DNA of 64,000 nt. It comes from Squalus acanthias (Eukaryota). The DNA is taken from positions 43,958,001 through 44,022,000 of the forward strand of contig CM059434.1 in the NCBI GenBank assembly GCA_030390025.1, given 5' to 3'. The notes under the pieces are model-generated. The model saw only the letters and a program-made list of their open reading frames with translations, searched no databases and was not told where the DNA came from. The translations under genes were made by a program, and so were the position numbers. Shown piece by piece: positions 38,340 through 50,745 of the stretch (its first letter is position 1; each line of letters opens with the position of its first letter).

Positions 38340-38870
38340 CCCTGCACCCACTGGAAACTCACCCGCTGCTGTGGAAATCAGGCCTGGGCTATTTTAACTC
38401 CCGGGCCTCACTAACATGCCACCGGGCCACTTCGTAATGGGCAGAAAGTGGCTGCCAGCCTCTGGAAAATCAGGCGGCCTATGCAGGCAAGTAGATAGGT
38501 GTGGTGAAGGAGGTTCCAAGAGGGAAGCTTGGCCCTGACCCAACAAAGTAATGTAAAAAACCTAACTTTCAAGGCCTTTTAACATCCCATTCCTCTTCTG
38601 ACTGGCTTCAGCCTGACGGGAAAGCCACAGTGGCTTCCCCACTCAGGCCCGAGTTAAAATTGCAGTCAGGGCCCAATGACGTCATCAGACCCCGATCTGA
38701 AAATTTAACGAAGGCTTCAGTCGGTTGTCTTTGCCGCCTGCACAGAAGAGCAGGTTAAAATCAGGATCCGTGCAAATCAGGTGTGAAATCGACGGATGAA
38801 TCATCCGGGAGATTTTAACTGCCCACCCGCCCGATTTCCGTCAGGCGGGTAGAATTAAAATCCCCCCTTG
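38340..38870. mobile_element. GC-rich interspersed element with repeated ATTTTAAC/GTTAAAAT inverted motifs
   Basis: tattttaactc (38390), gagttaaaatt (38651), ggttaaaatc (38753), gattttaact (38811), attaaaatcccc (38854). Family not identified. Confidence 0.4.
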
Positions 38871-41800
38871 TATCAGACTCACATTACAATATTAACTGCA
38901 ACTCTGAAATTCCCATTTTAGAGCTTATATTTTCATTGAACTACTCTTGCATAGGAACTTAATTCTTTCTAAAAAATAAAAAAAACTGGAACAAAATTGG
39001 AATGAAATGTTGATAACCCATCTCCAAAAAGCGATATCGATGAAATACTTATCTGAAGAGGCACATATTAATTATCCTTTTGAACCGTATTCTATGAAAG
39101 CACAAGAATTGTCAAATCACCTTGTCGGCTCTGCTCTGCGATGCAGCAGCCTTTAGAATCTATCATCAACCTTGTTAATTCATCAGCAATTTCTTTTGGC
39201 AAATGTGGTCAATATATACAACCACCACCACCACAGAACGAAACAACTATATACGCAAGATGTCAAGTTTTCCTACACTCTTTCTCTCAATGAGGTAATG
39301 TTGACTCACTGAGGTTGCACAGGCAGGAAGGAAAAGAGCGAATTAGGTGTCAAACCATGTTGCCAATGGCTCCCCGGTTTGTGATTTACTGCTACCTGAC
39401 AGCTTCGCTGTTGTAATATGACTTGTTTCTGCTATTGAGGGCAATCAAATTGTCACCCACTATAGTGAAAGTGTACAATCTTTGATCAACACTGCAAAAA
39501 AAGATTCTGTAAAATGACAAACCAGGCTTATGCTCAAGAGTAAAGTCATAATTACAGTTATTTAATTAGTACCCAGCAAACAAGGGTCAGGGAAACTCAT
39601 GATTACAGTTATTCGATTAAAGCCAAGAAACTTGAAGAAGAGGCATGAACACAGGGTTTAGAATCGGTAGATCTCTTGAACCGACATTAGCTGTCTTTTT
39701 TATTGTTCTATTTTTAATTACTATTCTCATCTTTTTTAGGTTGGTGCTTCACCTCAATGGACTCTTCCAAGGACATGTTAGTTAGTCCCATAATCCTGCC
39801 AATGGTTTTCTGTAATCACTTTGTGCACCAGTGTGGAATTGCCCCCAAACACTAACAAGAATTTGCCATATTGGCCATGGTGGGCTTGATTCCTACTGCA
39901 CCACGTCACACCGCACTGGTAGCACAAAGTACTACAGCTTGGCTGGTTTGGTTGAGTTTTGTTTGGTTTAACTTTGTTTTCTTGCCAGTCTTTCTCTTAA
40001 ATATTTGTTCACTAACCTCAGGTCAATAGAAACGTTGAAAATGAAATTGAAGAAAATAAAATACTGAAAATCATATTTGCATATTAATTAATGCAAACCA
40101 TTTTGTTCATTGCCTAGCCAACTGATAAGCACTAAGACTTGAATGTTCTTCACTGGATTGCAATGTTATATCTGCTGATGGAGACTAAAGGATGAATATG
40201 AGGCAGAGCATTAATTGGAGGTTGCCATCAAAGAAAATGAAGAGCGACCCTATGAAGCAGTAAAACGGCTGCTCATGTGAAATAAGTAAAAACACTTGTA
40301 GCACTGCCACTGAATTTTAGGTACAAAGGGCCTCTGTAAAACTATTATTTTCTCTTGAAATAACAGCACTACTAAGGGAGACTGTGCCACACAACCAAAT
40401 ACTTCTATTGCCAACTTTTGACCTGCGCAGGATATGAGGTTGCACATCCAATGGAATAATAACATTTAAGACTATTTATAGTATATCTTTTGCACCAAAT
40501 CTCTCCTCTACATCACCCCCCCCCCCCCCTCAGCACTTATCTGTTAATCTGACCTTGGTACATCAAGTGTGTTCGGGAACTCACCACACTTGGGCAACTC
40601 ATTGGTCATTTTCTATTGCTTTTTCAATGATTATTTAAGATGATTTATAACAAATCTATTGAGATTCCAAAGTCAGGGATACACATTTCCAAATTTACCA
40701 GGAAAAACAAAACTAGCTTTATGAATTGCCTATTTTGAACTTTTTTAAAAAAAAGAAAAGATAAAGAGAGTTACTGTTTGTCAGTATATTGCCAAGTAAT
40801 ATAAAATGAGACCGTTAAAACCATCATTATAAAAACAGAAATACAAACAAGTTGAGACAAGCTGAGAATTCATAAGGCCAAGTTAATGTAGGGTCTAAAA
40901 ATATAATCTTGGTTTGAACTTCTTTTCATGCTGTGGAAAAATGTTGGGTACAATAGTGTGCTGTCAGAGGAACAATGTTTACATTGACAGGGGTTGGAGG
41001 GCTGAGCGCAGCGTATGAAAGCACAGGTTGTTCCCTTTCGAGCAAAATTTTCCTGAGTGAAAACCTGTGGCTCGCACACAGTTGAGACACAGTCTTTTTA
41101 CAGGCGGTGTGTAAAAACAGTCACTTGCCATAGTTTAACTTTCCATGATTTACAGCTCGCTTCGATTTTTTTTTCGCCTGTCAAAAGATAAGTTCGAGCC
41201 GTAACCCCGTCCTGGGGCCTGTTACTGATAAGACGAGCTTTACTAATGGTCTATCGGAGAAACTTTTTAAGTGATACAGCAGGGTTGATAATCGTTACAT
41301 AACCCAAAAAAGAGTTAACGTACTCACACAAAATCAAAAACTTAAGAAGAAAACTGAAGCGTTATTTTTATAAATAAAAGTACGACAAGAATTTCTAGAC
41401 AAGTGAAAGCTTATGGGCTAACATCAAAGATGAGAAACAAAAATAGTCTATTTTTATATTAAAATCACAGATAAATCGTTGTTCAAAAGCAGGCAAAAGG
41501 TTTTTTGAATTTTTTGAAATCTGCTACGCCAATTCTTTCGGTCCATTGTAACTATGCAGTGATTCCTAATTAGATATAGTTCGTTATTTAAAAGTCAACT
41601 ATATTTCTTTATTCATTTGAATTTTAAGAATTGTAACCAGTCCTCATTTAAAACATTCCATGCCATACTCTAATAATCCATTCGCCAAAGGGCCCTCTTT
41701 TGAAGTCAGACAGCAAAAGTGGAGTTGACTAATTTTCTGATGTGTTACTTTTTTTTTGTTTTGTTGAAAACCAGACCTCAAAATGACATGGTGATAATTG

Positions 41801-42109
41801 GGAAAGGGATACTATAGCTTTAAACACAGCATAGCAACACGCCTATCACCGAGGCAGCAGTAAATGTTACCGTGATATTAAATTACCTCAGGCTAAGTTC
41901 AGCTCAGAACTGATTGCATTCATGAATGTCAGTCATCTTGGAACCAGTCACATCTTCCCACAACACATCAAAAAACCCTCAGTATATTCTGGAAATATTT
42001 GACAATTTAAACTAAGCAAACAATTTTAAAATTTAGTATTGAAAAGACAAGAATTCACTTGGATTTTTTTTTTAACATTTAACTAGCGACTGACTGATTA
42101 GCCTGACTG

Positions 42110-42134
42110 ACTGACAGACAGACAGACAGACAGC
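42110..42134 (+). repeat. (GACT/GACA)n microsatellite just inside the intron after the 42161 donor
   Basis: ctgactgactgacagacagacagacagacag. Confidence 0.8.
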
Positions 42135-42160
42135 CTACTGAGTAACTAAGGTTCACTCAC

Positions 42161-42237
42161 ATAGAGTCGTCGTTCTTCCACTTTCCTTTTCTACTTTGAC
42201 CTATCGCAGCATCCAGAACTTCAGAACTTGACGGCAT
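42161..42237 (-). CDS. SOX6: Candidate alternative upstream coding exon of SOX6 (MPSSSEVLDAAIGQSRKGKWKNDDS-I-R-MSSKQ)
   Basis: ATG at 42237, with an in-frame TGA three codons upstream. 25 codons + 2 nt, then donor AT|GTGAGT at 42160. Phase 2, in frame with the 8316 exon. Sits in a locally CpG-richer, repeat-free, promoter-like block. Confidence 0.6.
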
Positions 42238-42239
42238 AA

Positions 42240-43200
42240 CACCTCAGGGTCGCCTCGCCTACCTTATGAATCACTGCGAGCCATTGTCACCATTGCCGAA
42301 CTCTGCTTGAATCGCTGATTGAAATGAAAAAAAAACCCAAACCTTTTCTTGTGCTCATCCACAGGAAGGACAAAAAAAAGAGGAAAGTGGATAAAGTTGT
42401 TCAAGGCTCCTTTTATCAATAAAAAGTAGCCCTTTCTCCTCACCGAAAAAAAAGGAAAGATACAATTGATCTAGGGGTGAATAAGTGGCAAGTCTTTCGG
42501 AAGAGTCAGTGCCTAACGTGGCTTCTGCCACTGCTGCCTTAGTTAAGCAAACTTTACAGCCAATCGAGCCATNNNNNNNNNNNNNNNNNNNNNNNNNNNN
42601 NNNNNNNNNNNNNNNNNNNNNNNNNNNNNNNNNNNNNNNNNNNNNNNNNNNNNNNNNNNNNNNNNNNNNNNNNNNNNNNNNNNNNNNNNNNNNNNNNNNN
42701 NNNNNNNNNNNNNNNNNNNNNNNNNNNNNNNNNNNNNNNNNNNNNNNNNNNNNNNNNNNNNNNNNNNNNNNNNNNNNNNNNNNNNNNNNNNNTATAGAGG
42801 GGCCCCTTCTAGGAAAACAGTAAACAAAGCGCCATTCAGGCCAGGTCCATTCTGTCATTTATAAAGATAGTTTCTTCTGTGTGGTGCGAGTTTACAGCAA
42901 AGAGCTCAAATTCAACAAATCAAGTGTAAAATCTCCCACAGTCCACATTAAAATGGCCAGCAAAAAAAGAGAGAGAGAGAGAGAGAGAGCGAGCAGACGA
43001 TGCCAAAAACAGGGGGAAAAAAATCACAAGTTTCTCTGTCTGAGTGAGGGCACAATTAGTAGAGAGGGTGAAAAGGGACTGTGAAAAAAATCTAAAAGAC
43101 GGGCCAAAAAAAAAATGCTAACAATTGCAAATTAAAATGAGCTAATTTAGCCAGCCACCGGAAAGGAGATGGACACAGAAGATCATTGCATGCAGAAATA
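42240..43200 (-). promoter_or_regulatory. Putative SOX6 promoter / 5' UTR region
   Basis: Repeat-free block upstream (minus sense) of the 42161-42237 exon. CCAAT at 42560-42564. TATAAA-like on minus around 42858-42863. Forkhead GTAAACA at about 42820. SOX-type ACAAT motifs at about 42462, 43032 and 43121. (GA)n at about 42968-42988. Interrupted by an N gap. Confidence 0.5.
42573..42792. other. Assembly gap (220 N) within the putative promoter
   Basis: Run of N. Confidence 1.
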
Positions 43201-45271
43201 TGAAAAGGAAGTAAGCATCCGTGGCCATTGTTTGGAGCACTGTGTCTTATTTTGTGGACTGGAGCTCATCGATTAACCATGAAGTCATTGTTGGCAAGAG
43301 AGGGCCAGATACTTGAATTGGTACCACTGCCCTTCAAACATCTGGGATGCTTCCACAGAGTGAGCCAATGTTCCTCCACAAACCTTGCATCCTTTTCTAA
43401 AAAACAAAAAATGGGAGTTTGAACTGGGTTCAGGCACACATGCTGAAGAAGGAAAAAAAAAGAACTCACAGCATGCAGCCCAAAGAAAAGAGGTTCTGTG
43501 CCCTTTTCGTGCACAAATCATAATTAGATTTCTGCTGAGACAAATTGAGGAAATTACCTTGAACACTGCTTCGATTAAACTGCTCTGTGCTCAAGACAGA
43601 ATGGACAATAGTTCATTAGTTACAGCAAGGCCCTCCCCTACTTGCGTTCTTCTGAAAAACGGATCTAATTTGACTAAAAATAACAAGGGATGGAGAATTG
43701 GCCTTACTGCTGTTGTCACTGGAATTAACTATCAACACTTTGCAGTACAGAGAGGACCAGAGGAGAGGGAATTTCACTGCCACAGTCTACTGACACATCA
43801 CTTGTTCAAACCAAATACTGGCTGCTCGACCTCTAACTGGTCAAAGCAGCCTTACCTATAAATTAATCCAAAAACCAAGCAGACCACACCTACTATTCTT
43901 TGTAGACAGAAGTCTTGTAATATACAATTTAAACAATATGAAACAAAATAATAGACATGGACAGCTATTACTGACAGAGGATGATCTATTATGTAGATCT
44001 AACAAAAATAATTAAAGTGAAGAAATCTGATGAAAAATATTTCATATTCCTCCTCTTCGTCACTGATAATGAGCGAAAGGTTTAATTTGGAAAAGGTTTA
44101 ACAAGGGGAATTCTGAAAGCACCCATGTTGAAGTGACTGTTTAACACTGTAGCCTATCGGAAGCCAACTATAGTCAACCATAGGTAGAAGAGCCAGGAAA
44201 CTACTGGCTACTATGAAATATCATAGCCAATGCAAAAAAGGCTGTGGTTTTGAGTTAAACTGCAGTAAATACCGTAAACTTAAGCTGATCAAGATTGTTA
44301 CAGGGAGAGAAGTGAAAAAGTGCTTATCCTTGCAGTGTGGGAAACAAATGCCTATGGATGCACCAGAATAGTTTCCCACAAAACGGGTAATGGAGAGTGG
44401 AAGCGTTAGTGGAGCTTTTGAAGCTTTCTGTAGGTCATGGTTACATTTCCTCATGTTTATGTTGGTTGACTATGAATGTTTAAGAATTTTTATTTGTTTG
44501 AATTATAAAGCATAAAATTATTAGAAAATTACTGGTGAATTATCCGGAGTATTGTCTCTTTATCACCTAGCCAATGTAGTTGTTACGTTTTCAGGTACTT
44601 CACCAGATATATTTCTTGTGCTCAGTGCCAACGACTACTACTGTAAGTGAGCTCTCCCTCCTTATGAACTGGAGCATGACTTCATATGGACAATATCTGG
44701 TAATGCAGCATTAGCGAAGGACCAAACGGAAACCCACATTATTGCAATTAAGTCACTGAATTGATATAAGCCTTCTCATATTCTCTTAATCTTTGAATAG
44801 CAGAAAAACAATCTGTAGGACTGTATGAATTAGGGTATAAACTACAAATCAGTGGTAAGTAAAAAGTAGACAGTAGTGGAAAATCAATACAGCAGATTTC
44901 ACTTGATTATAGAACTTATGACTTCTAGCTCCTTGGGTACAAAAATTTATAAAAGTACACAACATTTCACTAGCTTCTTAGTAAACATCTATAACATAAC
45001 TTATAGATGAGGTTTTGTCTATGAGCATGGAGTGTCCAGCTTCTATCATGATGGACTTAGAGGAACTGATGAACTGGGAGAAGGCCATCACATTTATCCT
45101 CAGAATCAGCAGCTCCTAGCTACAGAGCTGTCTGTCAAGTGGATTTGAAAGAATCTCACTTCAAAAACCTCTGGTTGTTCACCATTTCTTTTACTGTGAA
45201 GATCAGATTGAGACAATGGAGATCAAAAAGGTGTTTTTTACACAAGCAAGTACAGCTGTCCCTCTCTGTAA

Positions 45272-45685
45272 AAAAGAAAGACTTGCATTTATATAGCGCC
45301 TTTCACGACCACCGGACATCTTAAAGCGCTTTACAGCCAGTGAAGTACTTTTGGAGTGTTGTAATGTGGGAAACGCGGCAGCCAATTTGCGCACAGCAAG
45401 GTCCCACAAACAGCAATGTGATAATGACCAGATAATCTGTTTTTGTTATGTTGAGTGAGGGATAAATATTGCCCAGGACACCGGGGATAACTCCCCTGCT
45501 CTTCTTCGAAATAGTGCCATGGCATCTTTTACGTCCACCTGAGAGAGCAGACGGGGTCTCAGTTTAACATCTCATCCAAAAGACGGCACCTCCGACAGTG
45601 CAACACTCCCTCCTGTTGTGGGACTGGAACCCACAACCTTCTGACTCGGAGGCGAGTGTGCTACCCACTGAACCACAACTGACAC
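45272..45685 (-). mobile_element. DeuSINE (SacSINE1-like), well preserved
   Basis: aaagaaagacttgcatttatatagcgcctttcacgacc...gctcttcttcgaaatagtgccatggcatcttttacgtccacctgag...ctgactcggaggcgagtgtgctacccactgaacc. Confidence 0.9.
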
Positions 45686-47754
45686 TGTACAGTTTAGAGT
45701 CATAGGGCTGGACTCACAGAGCCTGTCTCTATCAAACAAGATGATAAATTGATGATCTGACAGATTCGATAGACTAAGATCTACGCAGGAAATGCTTCTA
45801 GTGAGATCAATGCTAATGGCTTTGCAATTAAAAAGTATTAACTTATTAAGGCTGACTAGTTTGATTGAATCCATGGAACATTTTTTCCACAATACAATTT
45901 CGAGTCATACACAAAATGTGTGAATTCTATCCCAGCCCAGAGACGCTATGGTTGCAGTAAAACAAATTTAAAGTGTCCTTCCACATTTCTTAAATAGATA
46001 TTAAAAATGCAAGACTTTTTTCTTATGATTTGAAAAGCACGAATCTCCTTATCCGTCACAGTAATATCATAAGGCAAGCCCTTGGCCAGAACTTAGAATG
46101 CTCAATTATCCACAGTAATGATCTTTGTCGAGCGATATAAAACTGATGCTCCACACTAAAAATTCCTTTGTTGGCTTAGATAGATTAGATATTTAAAGGG
46201 GTTTGTTGTACCACAAGACAAAAACTCCACAGGGCCAAATCAGAGGGTGTCCATCATGATACTCGTCAGAGTCCATAGTAATTTTCATAACATTCAAATC
46301 ATTCAAACATATCACATCTTTTCAAATGTAACTATTTAAAACATAATTATTGGGAAAATTACATTTAGAATATTCAGAATAACTTATTGAAAGCACAGAA
46401 GTCCATTAGGCTCAACAGGTCCAATTTGTTTCACTAATTACAAACTTTGTCATCATATCCTTCAAGCCTTTCTCCCTTTTAAAGCACATCTGCTTGTCGC
46501 TTAAACCTATTTACACCATTTGCTTTAAAGGCCTGCCATCTCAATCCCTAATCCCGTTTACAATTGTGGATAAAAGATCTGCCTTCTTTCTCCTAACTTC
46601 CTCATTTTTAACTTTTGTCCCTCAGCATTTGAACTCTTTGCCACCGTATACTATTTACCTGCATCAATTTTCTTAATTTTTACCATCTTGGATACCCTTG
46701 GTTTACTCCCAATGGCATTTTTAGTATTTTATATTTTGTTTTTCAATGATTAGGTGGCATAAGGACAGTGTGCAGCTGGAGACAACTATAACAGGGGAAG
46801 GTACCTCACAGAATTGACCCCGGTTGTTCGCAACAGAACAGAAAGACTTGGAGAATTCATGCTGGGCAGCCAACAAATCGAAGCCATGCCTCTTAAAGCA
46901 TGCTCCAACAACTCTCCGATACCATAAAAAATCAAAACCATGTGGACTATTCATTGTTGCAATTATACCATTTATGTTGTAACAGTCAAGGCAATTTAAG
47001 CATCAACATAAAGCAATAATGTGGCAGAAATCAATTTCATCTCGATTTATGGCCCCAGTAAAATTACATTGCAATATTTAAACCTTTTTTTGAGTAGAAG
47101 AATGCCCGTGGACATTTGGAGCTTTTCAACAGACCAAAATCCAAACTAGCAACTAACTGGGTCCAAGCATCGGATCAATTTCATACCACAGGTTCCCATA
47201 GTAGACCCATTCAACCCACCAAAAAAGTGTTCTTTCTAGGATTGCTATTTCTCTGGCATTAAACTGGATAGTCTGGATTTTGCATGGCTATCTAGAAATT
47301 TTGAAACATAAACCGAATATAGTCTATTTTTAAATGGAACTCCATTTTCCGCTTACTTTTATGCCTTATGATGTGGCGGTATTACTTATTAAAGTTAATA
47401 AGCGTTTAAATGAGTTACCATCAGCAAACATCTGAACTCAAGCAGTGATCCTGCCTATCTGTCCTGCCTCTATCCTATCCAGTTTTAAACGAGTTCTCTC
47501 CAAGCACTAGACCTGCAAATCGCAGATAAATAAAGTTTGAAAAATGGATGTGCGTTATTGTTCATGTCTCGAGACAAAGAAGCAATATGACAATGAGCGA
47601 ATGCCCTTCATAAATAGCAGATCAGAACAGTACTGGCAGCTACTGAATGCTCAGCATCATATAATGGGCTAGAGTGAAATGTTCAACCACTACATCATAA
47701 GGATCAACATTGGATTTACAGCTAAAGTTGGCCAAAAGAAAAGGAGACAATATC

Positions 47755-48300
47755 CATAAATGTTCACAAACTGTTTACCACTGTAAACACCTTTCATTTA
47801 AACTCTAAACCTGAATACCTGTGATCAGCTGTGATATGAGTTGTGTCAGCAGAGTGCATTATTCCCCCGTCTCTCCCTGCTTCTCTCTTGCTCTCTCTAT
47901 CTGGCTCAAGCATGCTTAAATAACTAGTGTAAACAGTCAAAGGCAAATAGCTTGTGAAGGCCGGGCAAATATTTGGAAAGCAAAAGAGATTCTGTTTCTA
48001 TCTCCTGATCAGCCTCCCCTTTAGCCTTTGCTGTGAAGGTTTTCCAGAACACCATGGCAGATGTGCCTTTCACAGCCTGCGGAATGTGCAACCAATCTAC
48101 AAACAATAGCCGGGGGCTAACAAAGGTCGACTTTTGCAATCCACCAGTTAAGAGGTAACAAAACAGGAGGATGATCATAAAACAATGCAGCAAATCTGAA
48201 CCTCACTCAAGGTTGTATGAAGAACCCAGAGAGGAGATCATTTTTTTCAAATAATGCAAACACATCATAATTAGTCAGCTCAATAATCTCCTAATTGGAA
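47755..48300. promoter_or_regulatory. Putative promoter/enhancer with forkhead motif cluster
   Basis: TGTTTAC (47772), GTAAACA (47783, 47929) and GCAAATA (47943, 47965) lie in a repeat-free block around the third candidate exon. Confidence 0.35.
47819..47859 (-). CDS. SOX6: Candidate alternative upstream coding exon of SOX6 (MHSADTTHITADH-S-R-MSSKQ; frame also open to an ATG at 47913)
   Basis: ATG at 47859 (A at -3). 13 codons + AG, then donor CAG|GTATTC at 47818, phase 2 and in frame. The upstream in-frame ATG at 47913 would add MLEPDRESKREAGRDGGI. TATA-like TATTTAA at 47923-47917. Donor is only moderately strong. Confidence 0.45.
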
Positions 48301-48499
48301 TTGGAAGCAGGTATTTCTAAATAAGTACAAAATGGGCACAGTAGTTTTGCCTTATCAAGTTCGCACTATTTAATTTTTGCATTATAATCCCACACATTAA
48401 AGGAACAAAACTTTTATTAATTTAAAAGGTTCAGCTTAATGCAATAAGTCTTAAAAAAAAATTTAAGTATTGGCTGAGAGTTAATTCCCATGACGGCAT

Positions 48500-48870
48500 A
48501 ACTGTTAATGCACTGCCTGGTGTTGTACTGAGCCATACAGAATGGGAAGGTCCCAAACAATCCCTCAAAATGATCCCAAGTCTGCATTGATTTAACTAAT
48601 CTTAGCTGGGGTGACAGTAGGAATACTACAGTTGGCCTTGGTAACCCTGGGGCGAGGAAGGAGAAAACTGGTCATGTTTCCCATTCCTGATCAATAACCA
48701 GCGATTCCTGCTGATGAATGCAATGGATAGATGTCAGGCGAGAATAGAATTGGGCTTGCGTGTGGTGCCCTCTCTGTCAAATTAACCTGAAGTTGGTCAC
48801 TGCTTAGGCTCATACAAGAACTGGAGGGTGGTGGAATCATAGCCCACTAAGCTTCAGGAGAGGAGAAATT
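48500..48870 (+). mobile_element. Family X SINE copy
   Basis: atgcactgcctggtgttgtactgagccatacagaatgggaaggtccc...cttcaggagaggagaaa. Confidence 0.65.
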
Positions 48871-49464
48871 TTCCTTGCGCACATCCAGGTAAGGAATGTT
48901 AGTGCTAAGGAATGGAACTCTTCCCATTTCAGACACCCACTGTCAGCATCAAGCACTCCCAGGTCTGCAAATAAATTGTAAATAAATCCTTCCATTCAGC
49001 CCCATATAGTTCATTTGCAAAAACCATCTGGTTGTCATAGTTTTATTTTGCAGATGTAAGAAAATGTTTAGAATTGTTTCTGACATTTGGATTATATTTG
49101 ATAAGTTTCAACATGTACCAGTGTGAAGAGAGGTGCTGGAATTTACCTGGCATATCAATACTAAATAAATCCTCATTTGTTACACTTACAGCTGAAAGAA
49201 CAGTTGGTCTAAGTCAACTCTCATTCTATAGTAACATGGTGCCAGGAAAAGTTTGATATGCATTTTCATTACAAATACCTATGTCATCCTATGTGCCTGC
49301 AATTGTAAATTTTCTCACAAAAAATATTACCAGTGTTGATAGCTTAAAGATGAACAGGATTTTCAAATGTCACCCATCAAATGAGAACATTTAACTAGTC
49401 CTTTCCAATGCTTATTGGTTCTTCCTCACTTATAGAATAAACTAATCAAAATGTACCCCATCAT

Positions 49465-49880
49465 AGTTATTCCCTATATGTTCTGCTGTTCCCTATTGGA
49501 TATCCTCTACAGATCCCCTTGTTTCTAGGATAGCCTCTAAATCTCCTGCTGTTCCTTGCCGGGTACCAGCTTATTGGTCCTATTATTCTCCTCAGGTGCT
49601 TTCTAATTGCCCTGCTGTTCCCACAGCTCCCCACTAGGTATCCTGCACATGCCCCGTTGCACCCCATCAAGTATGCTCTATGTTTGCCATTGTTCCCTAT
49701 TAAATATTCTCAATGCTTACTGCTACACCTCTGCATACTCTACTGCTTCCCCAGATATGCACCACATGTCTTACTGTTCTCCATAGAGTATACTCTGTGT
49801 GTCCTACTGCATCCCCCATTGTTCCCCGTCATGTATTCTCTATGTATTTCATTATTCCCAAGTGGATATCATCAGTTTCT
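49465..49880 (+). repeat. Highly degenerate pyrimidine-rich tandem repeat
   Basis: Recurrent ctgctgttccc / ttgttcccc...tatNctcta motifs. Confidence 0.45.
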
Positions 49881-49924
49881 TTCAGAACACTGTAATGCTG
49901 CCAATGGAATAATATGTTTCTATG

Positions 49925-50745
49925 ACTAAGTGAGTGGGCAAAATTATGGCAGATGGAGTTCAATGTGAAGGAAGTGTGAGATCATCTACTTTGAATCTCA
50001 GAAAGACAAATCGGAATATTTTCTTAATGGCGAGAGACTATGAGCTGAGGAGGGTTTTAGATGTCCATGTACACAAATCACTAAAAGCTAGTGCACAAGT
50101 TCAAAAAGTAATCAAAAAAGCGAATAAAATATTGGCCTTTATCTCAAGGCGGTTGGAATTCAAAAGTGGGGAAGTGATGCTTCAGTTGTACAGAGACTTG
50201 GTCAGACCCCATCTGGAGTAGAGCATTCAGTTTTGGGCACCAAACCTCAGGAAAGATATATTGGCCATAAGAGGTACGATGCAGAGTCACCAGAATTATA
50301 CCAGCGTGTAAAGGGTTAAATTATGAGGCCAGGGTGCATAAACTTGGCTTGTATTCCCTTGAGTTTAGAAGGTTTAGGGGTGATGTCATTGTAATTAAAT
50401 GATGAAGGGATTCGATAGGGTAGACAGAGGGGAACTATTTCCTCTGGTGGGGGAATCCAAAGCAAAAAGGCACAATCTTAAAATTAGAGCTAGGCCATAT
50501 AGGAGTGAAATCAGGAAACACAAGGGATAGTATAAATCTGGAACTCGCTCTTCCCAAAAGGCAGTGGATGTTGGGTCAATTGAAATTTTCAAGACTAAAA
50601 TTGATATTTTTGTTGGGTAAGGGTTCCGAGGGATATGGATCAAAGGAGGTGAATGGAGTTGAATTTCAAATCAGCCATGATCTAACTGAATGACAGTACA
50701 GGCTCGAGGGGCTGAATGGCTTACTCCTGTCCCAATGTTCCTATT
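49925..50745 (+). mobile_element. CR1 LINE 3' portion, decayed
   Basis: Peptide SLKASAQVQKVIKKANKILAFISR.LEFKSGEVMLQLYRDLVRPHLE. 3' UTR atcagccatgatcta...ggctcgaggggctgaatggcttactcctgtccc. Confidence 0.9.

Noticed and set aside
42355-42858. ORFs of 94-167 aa (and 13235-13516)
   Set aside because: Open only because they span N gaps.
43385-43861. 158-aa plus-strand ORF as an antisense gene
   Set aside because: Non-ATG start, no recognisable domain or coding-like composition; the length is plausible by chance in 64 kb.
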